19,892 bases of DNA from Candidatus Hermodarchaeota archaeon (GCA_048885535.1 JBHLLO010000017.1:1-19892), one strand, 5' to 3'. Shown: positions 8,036 through 16,383, counted from the stretch's first letter. Notes: a model not told the origin generated them from the sequence alone. A program made the numbers and translations.

Positions 8036-8797
8036 TTATTTAACATCTCCCCCTATAGGTAGACTAATTTCAGATTTATCTTCGCCAATTACAAAAGTAT
8101 AATCATATAAAGTTTCTGTATGTTCAGAATTGTGTTGAATTGATACTGTGCTTGCTTTAGGACCAAATCGCTTTAAAATGTTAATAATCTTTCCAGTTTG
8201 ACCAATATTTTTCCCAGCCATAATAATAGCCAGATTTCCTTCTTTAAATCTAATAACTTTCTCAATTTGTTGTTCTGGAATTAAAATCTTTAAAACATCC
8301 ATTCTCTTATAGAGATCCTCTTTAGAATTTTGAGGATCTTTGATTTGGATCAAAATATTTCTCCCATCATGTAAGTTTAGCTGAATATTTCCCCCTTTAA
8401 CGGTGGTCTTCTGATTTATTCTGCATAATTTATACTTACTTTCTTCTTCAGAAATTTCATGAAGTATTAACCCATAATGAGAATCTGGAAGTATACGAAA
8501 ATGTTTATTCATCTTTTCAATACTTAATACGTCCATTAATCCCACAGGAAAAGCTTTATCCTTAACTACTTTTCCATCTACTTTAAAATATCCTAAACCT
8601 ATCAACTTTTTTGCTTCTCTATGAAATTTGACAAACTTAAGGTTATCTCTTACAATATGAAGAAGGGGTAAACAAAATCGACTTGGATGAGGTCCAGGTG
8701 ATGCCTTTATGAAGAATTTTCCATGTTTCCTTTTTATTTGTAGAAATTTAGGAGTATTAAGTCTTTTTAATGTTTTCTTTCCACCATGTTGGGTCAT
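8036..8797 (-). CDS. rps4e: 30S ribosomal protein eS4
   Basis: LKRLNTP, SPGPH, VDGKVVKD..FPVGLMDV, QLNLHDGRNI, GKNIG. Confidence 0.98.
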   Translation of the reverse strand: MTQHGGKKTLKRLNTPKFLQIKRKHGKFFIKASPGPHPSRFCLPLLHIVRDNLKFVKFHREAKKLIGLGYFKVDGKVVKDKAFPVGLMDVLSIEKMNKHFRILPDSHYGLILHEISEEESKYKLCRINQKTTVKGGNIQLNLHDGRNILIQIKDPQNSKEDLYKRMDVLKILIPEQQIEKVIRFKEGNLAIIMAGKNIGQTGKIINILKRFGPKASTVSIQHNSEHTETLYDYTFVIGEDKSEISLPIGGDVK

Positions 8798-9225
8798 TTA
8801 ATCTCCTCCTCTTTCAATTTTTTCGGAGCAATCAATTCTTCCTCACCAAACACGTATAAGGCTTTCCTTTCGATCATACTTGCTCTCCATGGATCTAATT
8901 TCTTTTCTTTACCTAATTTTGTCAATACAAGTTTGGAAATATGAATTGAAGGGTTAAATTGAGTTCCATCAGCTTTTTCAAATTGACATTCTTTTATTTT
9001 TGCCCTTTGGTTTTTCGTTATTTCCAAGACTTCACCTTCAAAGTCTTTAAATTCTCCTTTACATACTTTTACTTGGTCACCAACTCTTAAGGGGAGACTC
9101 TTTATTCCATACTCATCTCTTAGAAAATCCGCTACTCTTGTTGATAGAAGTTTAGCTCTTTGATGATTTCTGTAATTAAACAGCGCTTTCCTTTGCTTTC
9201 CTGGTTTTTTGGATTTTATTTTCAT
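8794..9225 (-). CDS. rpl24: 50S ribosomal protein uL24
   Basis: SKKPGKQRKAL, YGIKSLPLRVGDQVKV.KGEFK..EGEV, EKADG. Start ATG 9225 or GTG 9237. Confidence 0.96.
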   Translation of the reverse strand: MKIKSKKPGKQRKALFNYRNHQRAKLLSTRVADFLRDEYGIKSLPLRVGDQVKVCKGEFKDFEGEVLEITKNQRAKIKECQFEKADGTQFNPSIHISKLVLTKLGKEKKLDPWRASMIERKALYVFGEEELIAPKKLKEEEIK

Positions 9226-9241
9226 ATGTAGTTTCACTTTT

Positions 9242-9667
9242 TTAAATTATTAAGGATGAAATTGATGCTAAACGAGGGAACAACTCAGCCGCTTCTCTAG
9301 CAATTGGTCCTCTGATCTCGGTTCCTTTTGGGTCTCCTTCTTTACTTATTATTACCCCAGCATTATCCTCAAAACATACTCGTGTTCCATCTAACCTTTT
9401 ATAAATCATCTTCTGTCTAACAATTACTGCCTTCATGATATTTCCTCGCATGTCAGGTCGACCTTTTTTAATTGTTACCGAACAAACTGAGCCCACTGTT
9501 GCCTTAGGTAAACGCCTCAATCTTGTTTTCGCGTGATCAACATTAATTATTTCCGCAATTTTTGCCCCAGAATTGTCTGTAATAAATATCCTCGAAGCAT
9601 TTTGCAATCCATAGCTAGTTCGATGTTTTACCATCTTTTTCCTTCCTAACTTCCTCCTTGTTCCCAT
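9242..9667 (-). CDS. rpl14: 50S ribosomal protein uL14
   Basis: DNSGAK, RLRRLPKA, KKGRPDMR, FEDNAGVI, KGTEIRGPIAREAAE. Confidence 0.98.
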   Translation of the reverse strand: MGTRRKLGRKKMVKHRTSYGLQNASRIFITDNSGAKIAEIINVDHAKTRLRRLPKATVGSVCSVTIKKGRPDMRGNIMKAVIVRQKMIYKRLDGTRVCFEDNAGVIISKEGDPKGTEIRGPIAREAAELFPRLASISSLII

Positions 9668-10018
9668 CTACATCTCCTCACGTGAAATTTTATCTAATAC
9701 AATGAATGATTTTGTCTTAGAGATTTTTCTACTCTCACCTACTCTTACAAAATCTCCTAAATTAATTTCGTTTCTTAAACAATCGGGTAAATGACATGCA
9801 AGGCGAGTATTACGTCTTTCATATCTTTGATATTTTTTAATGAAATGAAGGTAATCTCTTTTAATTATGATACTATTTCGGGATTTTTTGCTCACCACGA
9901 CTCCACTTGTTATTTTGCCCCTAATTCTTGTTGTTCCATGAAATGGGCAATACTTATCAGAACATTCCTTTGCTTTAGGGGGATTTACCCCAGGAATACC
10001 AATATTTCGTATACTCAT
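9668..10018 (-). CDS. rps17: 30S ribosomal protein uS17
   Basis: RNIGI, CSDKYCPFHG..RIRG, KKYQRYERR, GESRKISKTKSF. Confidence 0.97.
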   Translation of the reverse strand: MSIRNIGIPGVNPPKAKECSDKYCPFHGTTRIRGKITSGVVVSKKSRNSIIIKRDYLHFIKKYQRYERRNTRLACHLPDCLRNEINLGDFVRVGESRKISKTKSFIVLDKISREEM

Positions 10019-10019
10019 T

Positions 10020-10313
10020 TTATTTTTTCATCCACTTTTTCTTTTTTAGATTTCTTAACCTATTTTCTGGGATTCCAACTATCTTGGATCCATCGACTTC
10101 TAATAAATTTCTATTTAGCTTGAATCTAAAAATATAATCTTTCTTTACATATTTTTTAATTTTTTTTGCTTTTTCGATTATTAACATGTTATTCGATTCA
10201 TCTATAACCATCCCAATATATATGAAATGCGAGTTCTCTGATTTCGATTTTAATTTTGCATATGTGTGAAATCCGATTAAATCATGATATATTAAATATT
10301 TGGGATTTATCAT
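10020..10313 (-). CDS. rnp1: Ribonuclease P protein subunit Rpp29/Pop4 (component 1)
   Basis: INPKYLIYHDLIG, GMVIDESNNML, K...IFRF, VDGSKIVGIPENRL. Canonical position between uL29 and uS17. Confidence 0.92.
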   Translation of the reverse strand: MINPKYLIYHDLIGFHTYAKLKSKSENSHFIYIGMVIDESNNMLIIEKAKKIKKYVKKDYIFRFKLNRNLLEVDGSKIVGIPENRLRNLKKKKWMKK

Positions 10314-10314
10314 T

Positions 10315-10518
10315 TCATTCCCTTTCTTCGTTTTTAACAGTTAATATTCTAGCAATTTGTTTTCTCAAAATTTTTGCTTTTGCAGGATTATCAGCTATAC
10401 CACCACCTGTTTGTTGGCTGTATAACATCATTAATTCTTCTCTTAACGAAATTAAAGTCCTTTCTCTCTCTCTTTCATCCATCTGTCGAACTTTTTCAGC
10501 AGTTATTATTTCAGGCAT
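10315..10518 (-). CDS. rpl29: 50S ribosomal protein uL29
   Basis: VRQMDERER...LREEL...NPAKAKILRKQIARILTV. ATG 10518 overlaps the uS3 stop (alternative 10527). Confidence 0.95.
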   Translation of the reverse strand: MPEIITAEKVRQMDERERERTLISLREELMMLYSQQTGGGIADNPAKAKILRKQIARILTVKNEERE

Positions 10519-11320
10519 TTTTCTCATCTAATTTTTTTTTCTTTTTATTTGTTTCAATAGATACTTCTGATACATCTTCCTCATCTACTTCATCAAGCAA
10601 TTCTTCTTCCTCCTCTGTTAAAGCAGCTTCTTCTTCAATAATTTCATATTCTTCCTCCGCAATTTTTTCAACTCTAGTTTTTTTATCAGTTGCTTTCGCT
10701 TTTGCTTGTGCTTTAGCTAATTCATCTTCATGTATTTTTACATCATCACCCATTTTAGTATCAGCTCTCATAATTTTAACAATCACTCCTAGGACTCCAC
10801 TCTTTTGAATACATTGAGCCACTCCCTTATCTACTCCATTTTCAGCAGGTTGTCCAGATTTTGTCATTGTACCAGCTCTGAATATTTGTGAGCGTGCTCT
10901 TTGTGAAGTTACCTTACCAGCTATGCGAATTTCTACTCCTTTTGCACCTGCATCCATCACCTTTCTTAAAATGTAATAACCTGCTCTACGATAATGTCTA
11001 CCTCTATCAAGACTATATGCTAACCTTTCTGCCATAATCTGAGCGTCCAAATCTGGATTTTGAACTTCTTCAACTTCAATTTGGGGCATTTCCAAACCAT
11101 ATTCTTCTTGTAAAATGTCTGTGATTTCTTGAATTCTCTTTCCGCCCTTTCCTATTACCAAACCAGGGCGAGAGGTCTTTAGTGTTATTCTTACTCCTAA
11201 AGGTGTTTTTTGGATGTCTATTCCTGCGAATCCAGCGCGTACAAGCTCAGATCTAAGGAATTCGTTTATTTGCATCATTTTCACACCTTGTTCAATAAAA
11301 TGCCGTGATAAAGGACTCAA
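10511..11320 (-). CDS. rps3: 30S ribosomal protein uS3 with long charged C-terminal extension
   Basis: RAGFAGIDIQKTPLG, RPGLVIGKGGKRI (KH domain), GAKGVEIRIAGK, GVLGVIVKIM. TTG start after GAGTGA. Confidence 0.98.
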   Translation of the reverse strand: MSPLSRHFIEQGVKMMQINEFLRSELVRAGFAGIDIQKTPLGVRITLKTSRPGLVIGKGGKRIQEITDILQEEYGLEMPQIEVEEVQNPDLDAQIMAERLAYSLDRGRHYRRAGYYILRKVMDAGAKGVEIRIAGKVTSQRARSQIFRAGTMTKSGQPAENGVDKGVAQCIQKSGVLGVIVKIMRADTKMGDDVKIHEDELAKAQAKAKATDKKTRVEKIAEEEYEIIEEEAALTEEEEELLDEVDEEDVSEVSIETNKKKKKLDEKNA

Positions 11321-11365
11321 TTCTCTTCACTCTTATTGTTATTTAATAAATTTATTAATTTTCAC

Positions 11366-11845
11366 CTAACTTGGAAATTCATATACAACAATTTCAACAT
11401 GGGAAAGATGTCTAAATTTTGCTGTCGACCTACCATGAGCACGCTGAATATACCTCTTAATAATTCTTCCACGATGAGTTGCTGCATGGATTATTCGGCA
11501 AGCTTCAATGTCTAATCCTTTGTATTCCGCATTTGATTCTGCTGCGGACAAAATTTCATAAATTCTAGCAGCTGCTTTTTGTGGGAATCTTCCTGCGTAC
11601 CACTTAAATTGCTTTAAATCTTTTCGATGAGCTTGTTTTTTTTTATGTCTTCTGAATGGTACAGATTGTTTTAGTTGAATAACTTTTTCTAGATATGATT
11701 TAGCCTGATCAATTTTCATACCTTTTATTACGGCACAAATTTCTCTAGCATGTTTTGGTTTAATCCTTAAATCTCTCCCAGCTGCTTTTGCTAATCGTTC
11801 TGCATCATATTTTTGTTCAATAAATGAATAACTCCAGTTAGGCAT
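11366..11845 (-). CDS. rpl22: 50S ribosomal protein uL22
   Basis: LRIKPKHAREIC..IKGM, VPFRRH, GRFPQKAA, ESNAEYKGLD, RAHGRS. Confidence 0.98.
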   Translation of the reverse strand: MPNWSYSFIEQKYDAERLAKAAGRDLRIKPKHAREICAVIKGMKIDQAKSYLEKVIQLKQSVPFRRHKKKQAHRKDLKQFKWYAGRFPQKAAARIYEILSAAESNAEYKGLDIEACRIIHAATHRGRIIKRYIQRAHGRSTAKFRHLSHVEIVVYEFPS

Positions 11846-11875
11846 TCTCTCTTCATCTCTTTTTTTATAATAATA

Positions 11876-12436
11876 CTACTTTAGTGGAACATACTTACTT
11901 GATCGTGTTGCTCCAATACCAGGTGAACCATGTTGTACCCTCTTTCTTGTAATGGCAAACTCACCAAGATAATGACCAATCATCTCAGGACGTATTTCTA
12001 TGATTTCATATGTCCTCCCGTTATAGATACCGACTTTAAGACCAACAAACTCTGGAAAAATTATTAAATCACGTACATGAGTTCTAATAACCAAATCTTT
12101 TCCCCTTTTCTTTGCTCTATAAGCTCTCCTTAGCCTTTCAATAACTTTTTTCTGGCGTGGAGGGAGTCCTCTTCTTAAAGTTCTTCTTGCTCTTGATGGT
12201 AGCAGTTGAAGTAGTTGGTCCATATTCATTTTTTTTAAGTCGTCCAAAGTATAACCACGATAATGAAAGCGTAATCTATCACGTTCTTTTTCAACGTCTA
12301 ATTCTTCTTCCTCTTCTTCGATTTCCTCTTCTTCGATTTCCTCTTCTTCTTCAATATTTTCTTCCATTTTCTCAGGAGATTCTTCTTCTTCTAAATCTTC
12401 CTTCTCTTTTTCATCAAGTTCCTCATTCGGAGCCAT
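11876..12436 (-). CDS. rps19: 30S ribosomal protein uS19 with ~50-aa acidic N-terminal extension
   Basis: FHYRGYTLDDL, LPSRARRTLRRG, RTHVRDLII.PE.VG, PEMIGHYLGEF, HGSPGIGATRSSKYVPLK. GGTGG lies upstream of ATG 12436. Confidence 0.98.
   Translation of the reverse strand: MAPNEELDEKEKEDLEEEESPEKMEENIEEEEEIEEEEIEEEEEELDVEKERDRLRFHYRGYTLDDLKKMNMDQLLQLLPSRARRTLRRGLPPRQKKVIERLRRAYRAKKRGKDLVIRTHVRDLIIFPEFVGLKVGIYNGRTYEIIEIRPEMIGHYLGEFAITRKRVQHGSPGIGATRSSKYVPLK
12308..12349. repeat. In-frame 15-bp tandem repeat (2.8 copies of TTCCTCTTCTTCGAT) encoding (IEEEE)n in uS19
   Basis: Identical units at 12308-12322 and 12323-12337, with a partial unit at 12338-12349. Confidence 0.9.
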
Positions 12437-12669
12437 TTTTCCACCAATCTATTTGTTCCATTTACTATTTTTTGTTTAATAATTACTTAATTATTTTGAA
12501 ATGTAAGGTTATTAGTTATCTATTAAATTTTAATTTTATTAAAACAAGGGAACTGAAAAACATAAAATTTAAAAGTCTATTATCCAAACTTAACCCAACT
12601 CCTCCAGATCTTTAAAAATTGAATTTTATCGAGGGATTAAATAGTTAGGTTATGATTTTTGAATAACAT

Positions 12670-13344
12670 TTAGTAGTATTTGTTGGGATTATAAACGCGA
12701 TCTATATCATTCTCGTCAAATATTCCACTCCAATTTTCTTTAATTTTAACAAATTCATCTGGGTTTTTATTTGGGTTAATTACTGAATGAAACATATTTT
12801 TTGTATTTACAAGCTGAGTACCATTTTTAATAAAATAATACACTTTATTACCATTTATTATGATAGGTTCACCTTCTAAAATTTCCCAAGTTTCACTTCG
12901 AAATTTATGAACTTGAATAGAAATACCCATTTCTGGTTTAATAAATATTAGATTATACTCAGGATAGGTGAATTTTATGCTATACCATTTTGACAGTATA
13001 TCAGAGAAACCCTCAGGGACATTATATTTATCTATAAATGAATTTGGATCAATTTTGACTCTCTGTGTATGTTCATACTTATAAGGATTATAAATTATAT
13101 CATGGTTAGAAATATCTAAATTGTATTTAATTTTAATTTGTTCTGTTCTATTGTTAATTAGCATATAATAGTCATATGGAGCTATACTCAAATCTTTAAT
13201 AGATAAATTTTTGGTGATAAAAGAACTTCCATTTATGATGAATACATTATCAAGAGGTTCTTCTTCAATAGAAAGAACCAGTTTCCTTCTACTATTCCTT
13301 CTTAAGAAAGTACCTCTTTTAGGTTCTAAATATTCTTCAATCAA
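12670..13344 (-). CDS. Protein with C-terminal cupin resembling the type II mannose-6-phosphate isomerase domain; unknown N-terminal half
   Basis: 'IKPEMGISIQVHKFRSETWEILEG...FHSVINP...FDENDIDRV' parallels the ManC/PMI C-terminal pattern 'V.PG..LSLQ.H..RSEHW.V..G...H...NP...EDDI.R'. Confidence 0.65.
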   Translation of the reverse strand: MIEEYLEPKRGTFLRRNSRRKLVLSIEEEPLDNVFIINGSSFITKNLSIKDLSIAPYDYYMLINNRTEQIKIKYNLDISNHDIIYNPYKYEHTQRVKIDPNSFIDKYNVPEGFSDILSKWYSIKFTYPEYNLIFIKPEMGISIQVHKFRSETWEILEGEPIIINGNKVYYFIKNGTQLVNTKNMFHSVINPNKNPDEFVKIKENWSGIFDENDIDRVYNPNKYY

Positions 13345-13358
13345 TCAAAAATACCTTT

Positions 13359-14324
13359 TTAAGATAATTTACTAAATTCCATATATTTTTTTTCAATTTC
13401 ATATAGGTAGGGGATTGACTTTTGAGCTCCTTTTCTAGTTACTGCTATGGAGGCTGCAGCAGTGGCATATTTCACAGATGTTATTAAATCCTCTCCTTGA
13501 TTTAATTTGCTTGCTAGCACCCCATTAAAGCAATCACCTGCTCCTACAGTATCAACAGCTTGGACCTTAAATGCAGGTATTTTAGTCCATTCATCCTTTT
13601 CAGACTGATATGTTAACGATCCCTTACTACCCAAAGTTGTAATCACATTTTTTACTCCTAAACTTGAAATATTTCTTGATATTTGAATTATAGTTTCTTC
13701 TCCGCTATGTTGTGTTATTTGAAAACCCAGTAATGAATTCAATCTGATTAATTCACCCTCATTTGGGACAATAATATCAATATTTTTTAAAATTTCCTTC
13801 GGAATATACTTTAACGGAGCAGGATTTAGAATCTTTATAACATCACCCTTAGAGGCAATTGAGAAAACTTCTTTTATTGTTTCGATTGATATCTCCATCT
13901 GCACTATTAGTGATTTTGAAGCCTTAATTAAGTCAGCTTGCTTGCGAATTTCCTCAGGCACTAGTTTAGTATTAGCTCCTGGAGCGACACTTATCATATT
14001 TTCTCCATCTTTATCAATCATTATAAACGCAATTCCACTAGATTCTTCAAGATCTTTAAGGATATAATCTGTATTTACACCCTTATTTTTTAGTTGCAGT
14101 ATCATTTGATCCCCAACTATATCTCTACCGACTTTAGAGATAAAGACGGTGTCTGAACCAGAACGAACTGATGCAACTGATTGATTAGCTCCTTTTCCTC
14201 CTAAACTTTGCTTGAATTTACCACCAGTAACCGTTTCACCAGGTTTTGGTAATCTTTCTGAATAAATGTTAAAATCCATATTACTAGACCCAATCACAAT
14301 AACATAGTTTTTTAAGTCAATCAT
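13359..14324 (-). CDS. rbsK: Ribokinase (PfkB family)
   Basis: VIGSSNMD, PKPGETV, GGKGANQ, GENMI.V.PGAN, LNPAP, PNE.E, VDTVGAGDCFNG. Confidence 0.92.
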   Translation of the reverse strand: MIDLKNYVIVIGSSNMDFNIYSERLPKPGETVTGGKFKQSLGGKGANQSVASVRSGSDTVFISKVGRDIVGDQMILQLKNKGVNTDYILKDLEESSGIAFIMIDKDGENMISVAPGANTKLVPEEIRKQADLIKASKSLIVQMEISIETIKEVFSIASKGDVIKILNPAPLKYIPKEILKNIDIIVPNEGELIRLNSLLGFQITQHSGEETIIQISRNISSLGVKNVITTLGSKGSLTYQSEKDEWTKIPAFKVQAVDTVGAGDCFNGVLASKLNQGEDLITSVKYATAAASIAVTRKGAQKSIPYLYEIEKKYMEFSKLS

Positions 14325-14495
14325 AGGCTTATGAATAATTTTTAGATTCTATTAACTTTAAGTAGATCATTACAATTAAAATCAATTGTATCATTTCGAA
14401 TGGTTTTAATTTAATATTATTTTACCAAATAATATTAACCATAACTAACTTGCTTATTATTAAAACAAAATAATTATAAACTAATGTGAATAATT

Positions 14496-14819
14496 ATGGC
14501 AAAAGATAAAATTATTGGTGCAATAGTATTAATTCTTGGGATTTTTATCGCAATTGTCTATACAATGGGAAGTATTGTAGATCTCTGGTTTCAAACGTGG
14601 GGTGGAAACCCAAATTGGGCAAAAGCTATTTTCGGTGACTTCCTTGGGGCATTACTTTCCTGGGAACTTTTTGTAGTTTTACCTATTTGGTTGATAGTGA
14701 TTTTAATTTGTATTATAGCCATTTGGATAGGTTACAGCATGCTTACCACACCAGCACCAGTTCCATTAGAGGAATTGGAAGAAGAGTTAGCCGCTGAGGA
14801 AGAAGCAGAGGAAGATTAA
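14496..14819 (+). CDS. Small two-TM membrane protein with acidic tail; DPM2-like
   Basis: Two hydrophobic segments: DKIIG...VYT and LP.W...WIGYSMLTTPAP, followed by an E-rich tail. GTGA lies upstream of the start. Confidence 0.7.
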   Translation: MAKDKIIGAIVLILGIFIAIVYTMGSIVDLWFQTWGGNPNWAKAIFGDFLGALLSWELFVVLPIWLIVILICIIAIWIGYSMLTTPAPVPLEELEEELAAEEEAEED

Positions 14820-14833
14820 TAACTTAACAAAAC

Positions 14834-14850
14834 TTTCCTTTATTTTTTTT
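14834..14850 (+). terminator. Putative oligo-T terminator
   Basis: TTTCCTTTATTTTTTTT about 15 nt after the stop at 14819. Confidence 0.4.
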
Positions 14851-14879
14851 AATTTATTTCTTATAAATAAATTGCATAA

Positions 14880-15989
14880 TTATTTGAAATCAAAAGAGTA
14901 AGCGTATAATTGACCATTCTCATGACAAGAAATTAAGAGATTAGAATTTGGTTCATATATTAAATCATTTAAACTAGATTGATTTTTAATTTTAAATAAT
15001 ATTTCTCCATTATCTAAATTTAAAATTAATAACTCCCCTTTAGTTGTACCGATACCTATGATTTTTTGTTCATTTATATTAATCTGACATAAACATTCTA
15101 CATTTGCATTTTTAAGTTCCCATTCAATTTCCAGATCGTTATTTATACAGATTAATTTTGAAGAAAAATTGAGATCTTGGACATTTTTTACTTGATTGAA
15201 AAATGAAAAGGAATATGAACTTATTAACAACTTTTTATAATGAAATATCGGTAATGAGTAACATTTCCAAATATAATCTTTAAAGTGTATGTTTTTTATT
15301 TCTTTTTGAGTTTTTTTATTAATTATATGAATTATTTTATCATCTCCACCGCATACAATGAAGTCATTTTCTTTAGAGGTAAGATATGATATACATCTTA
15401 TCTTATTTGAAAAATGTTTAATCCATAACAAATCTCCTTTACTTGATTCAAAAATCCTAATAGTTCCATCATTTCCGCATGCTATTATCTCTTTTTTATT
15501 GGTTATTTTATTATCGTTCCATATACACGCATCTTCAATTCCGTTTGCAAAAACTTGACCCCAAATCAATAAGCCATTTGAAGCTTGTAGAACCCGTATG
15601 CTGTTGTCAAGGGAATAAGCAATAAGTTCAAGATTTTTATCGAAATTAATATCTTCAAATAAAAACCCACTAATTGAAGAATCGAATTTGTGTTCCCATA
15701 AAAGAGTCAGTGAAAAAGGCACCAATATTTGAAAAACACGTAGTATTCCATCCATACCACCAATTATTAATTCTGGTTCCCCATCACTGTTAACGTCATG
15801 TATTTTTAGATTCCAAATTGGAGTATCATCGGTACAAACAGCTTCAAATTGTAATTTTCCATCCAAAGAAAAAAGAAAGATTTTTCCCGATCTACTATAT
15901 GAAAATACTTGTGTTCCCTTTTTTTTTATTGTTCCTAAATTTAATCCTAATAATTGTTCACTAGTTTTGTAACTCCATATGATTTTCAT
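14880..15989 (-). CDS. Cytoplasmic beta-propeller protein (WD40/PQQ-like blades with FG-GAP-like loops)
   Basis: Repeats of about 45 aa: GGMDGILRVF..LLW, SLDNSIRVL..GLLIW, CGNDGTIRIF..GDLLW, GGDDKIIHII. Loops DVNSDGEPEL and DINFDKNLEL. No signal peptide. Confidence 0.8.
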   Translation of the reverse strand: MKIIWSYKTSEQLLGLNLGTIKKKGTQVFSYSRSGKIFLFSLDGKLQFEAVCTDDTPIWNLKIHDVNSDGEPELIIGGMDGILRVFQILVPFSLTLLWEHKFDSSISGFLFEDINFDKNLELIAYSLDNSIRVLQASNGLLIWGQVFANGIEDACIWNDNKITNKKEIIACGNDGTIRIFESSKGDLLWIKHFSNKIRCISYLTSKENDFIVCGGDDKIIHIINKKTQKEIKNIHFKDYIWKCYSLPIFHYKKLLISSYSFSFFNQVKNVQDLNFSSKLICINNDLEIEWELKNANVECLCQININEQKIIGIGTTKGELLILNLDNGEILFKIKNQSSLNDLIYEPNSNLLISCHENGQLYAYSFDFK

Positions 15990-16185
15990 GTCATTCTAAC
16001 TTACAGTAATTTGATAAATTATTATTATCAACTATAATACATTTTATATATTTTTAAATCTGTGATAATCTAAAAATAAGATTTGTGTTAAAGAGAAGTT
16101 AATCAAAATTTCTAAAAATAAAAACGAAATTTAAATTTTTTACATTATTCTCTTAATTACTGAAAAACACTTTAAGGTTTTAATT

Positions 16186-16383
16186 ATGGGATTCGGAATT
16201 GAAATTGATTTGGATGCTTGTACTGGTTGCGGAACATGTTATGAGGTATGCCCTAGTGAATGTTTTGGAGAACCTGAAGGGGGTAAAGTACATATTCTGG
16301 AAGAAAATAGAGACGATTGTGTAGGTTGCAGAGCTTGTGAGACTCAATGTCCTGAAGAAGCAATTACTATTACTGAAGATTAA
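16186..16383 (+). CDS. 2[4Fe-4S] ferredoxin
   Basis: Two CxxCxxCxxxCP motifs: CTGCGTCYEVCP and CVGCRACETQCP. Confidence 0.96.
   Translation: MGFGIEIDLDACTGCGTCYEVCPSECFGEPEGGKVHILEENRDDCVGCRACETQCPEEAITITED

Noticed and set aside
10313-10315. Absence of the aIF1/SUI1 gene between uL29 and Rpp29
   Set aside because: That gene occupies this slot only in some archaeal lineages, so its absence is ordinary.
12423-12461. Short out-of-frame uORF (MEQIDWWKNGSE*) overlapping the uS19 start
   Set aside because: Only 12 codons with no SD or other support; expected by chance.
3290-12615. Plus-strand ORFs 3290-3529, 4179-4490, 7156-7440, 7718-8062, 9791-10123, 10256-10531, 10374-10808 and 12157-12615
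   Set aside because: They are antisense shadows of well-supported r-protein genes. Their F/S/L-rich composition is simply the reverse complement of Lys/Glu codons.
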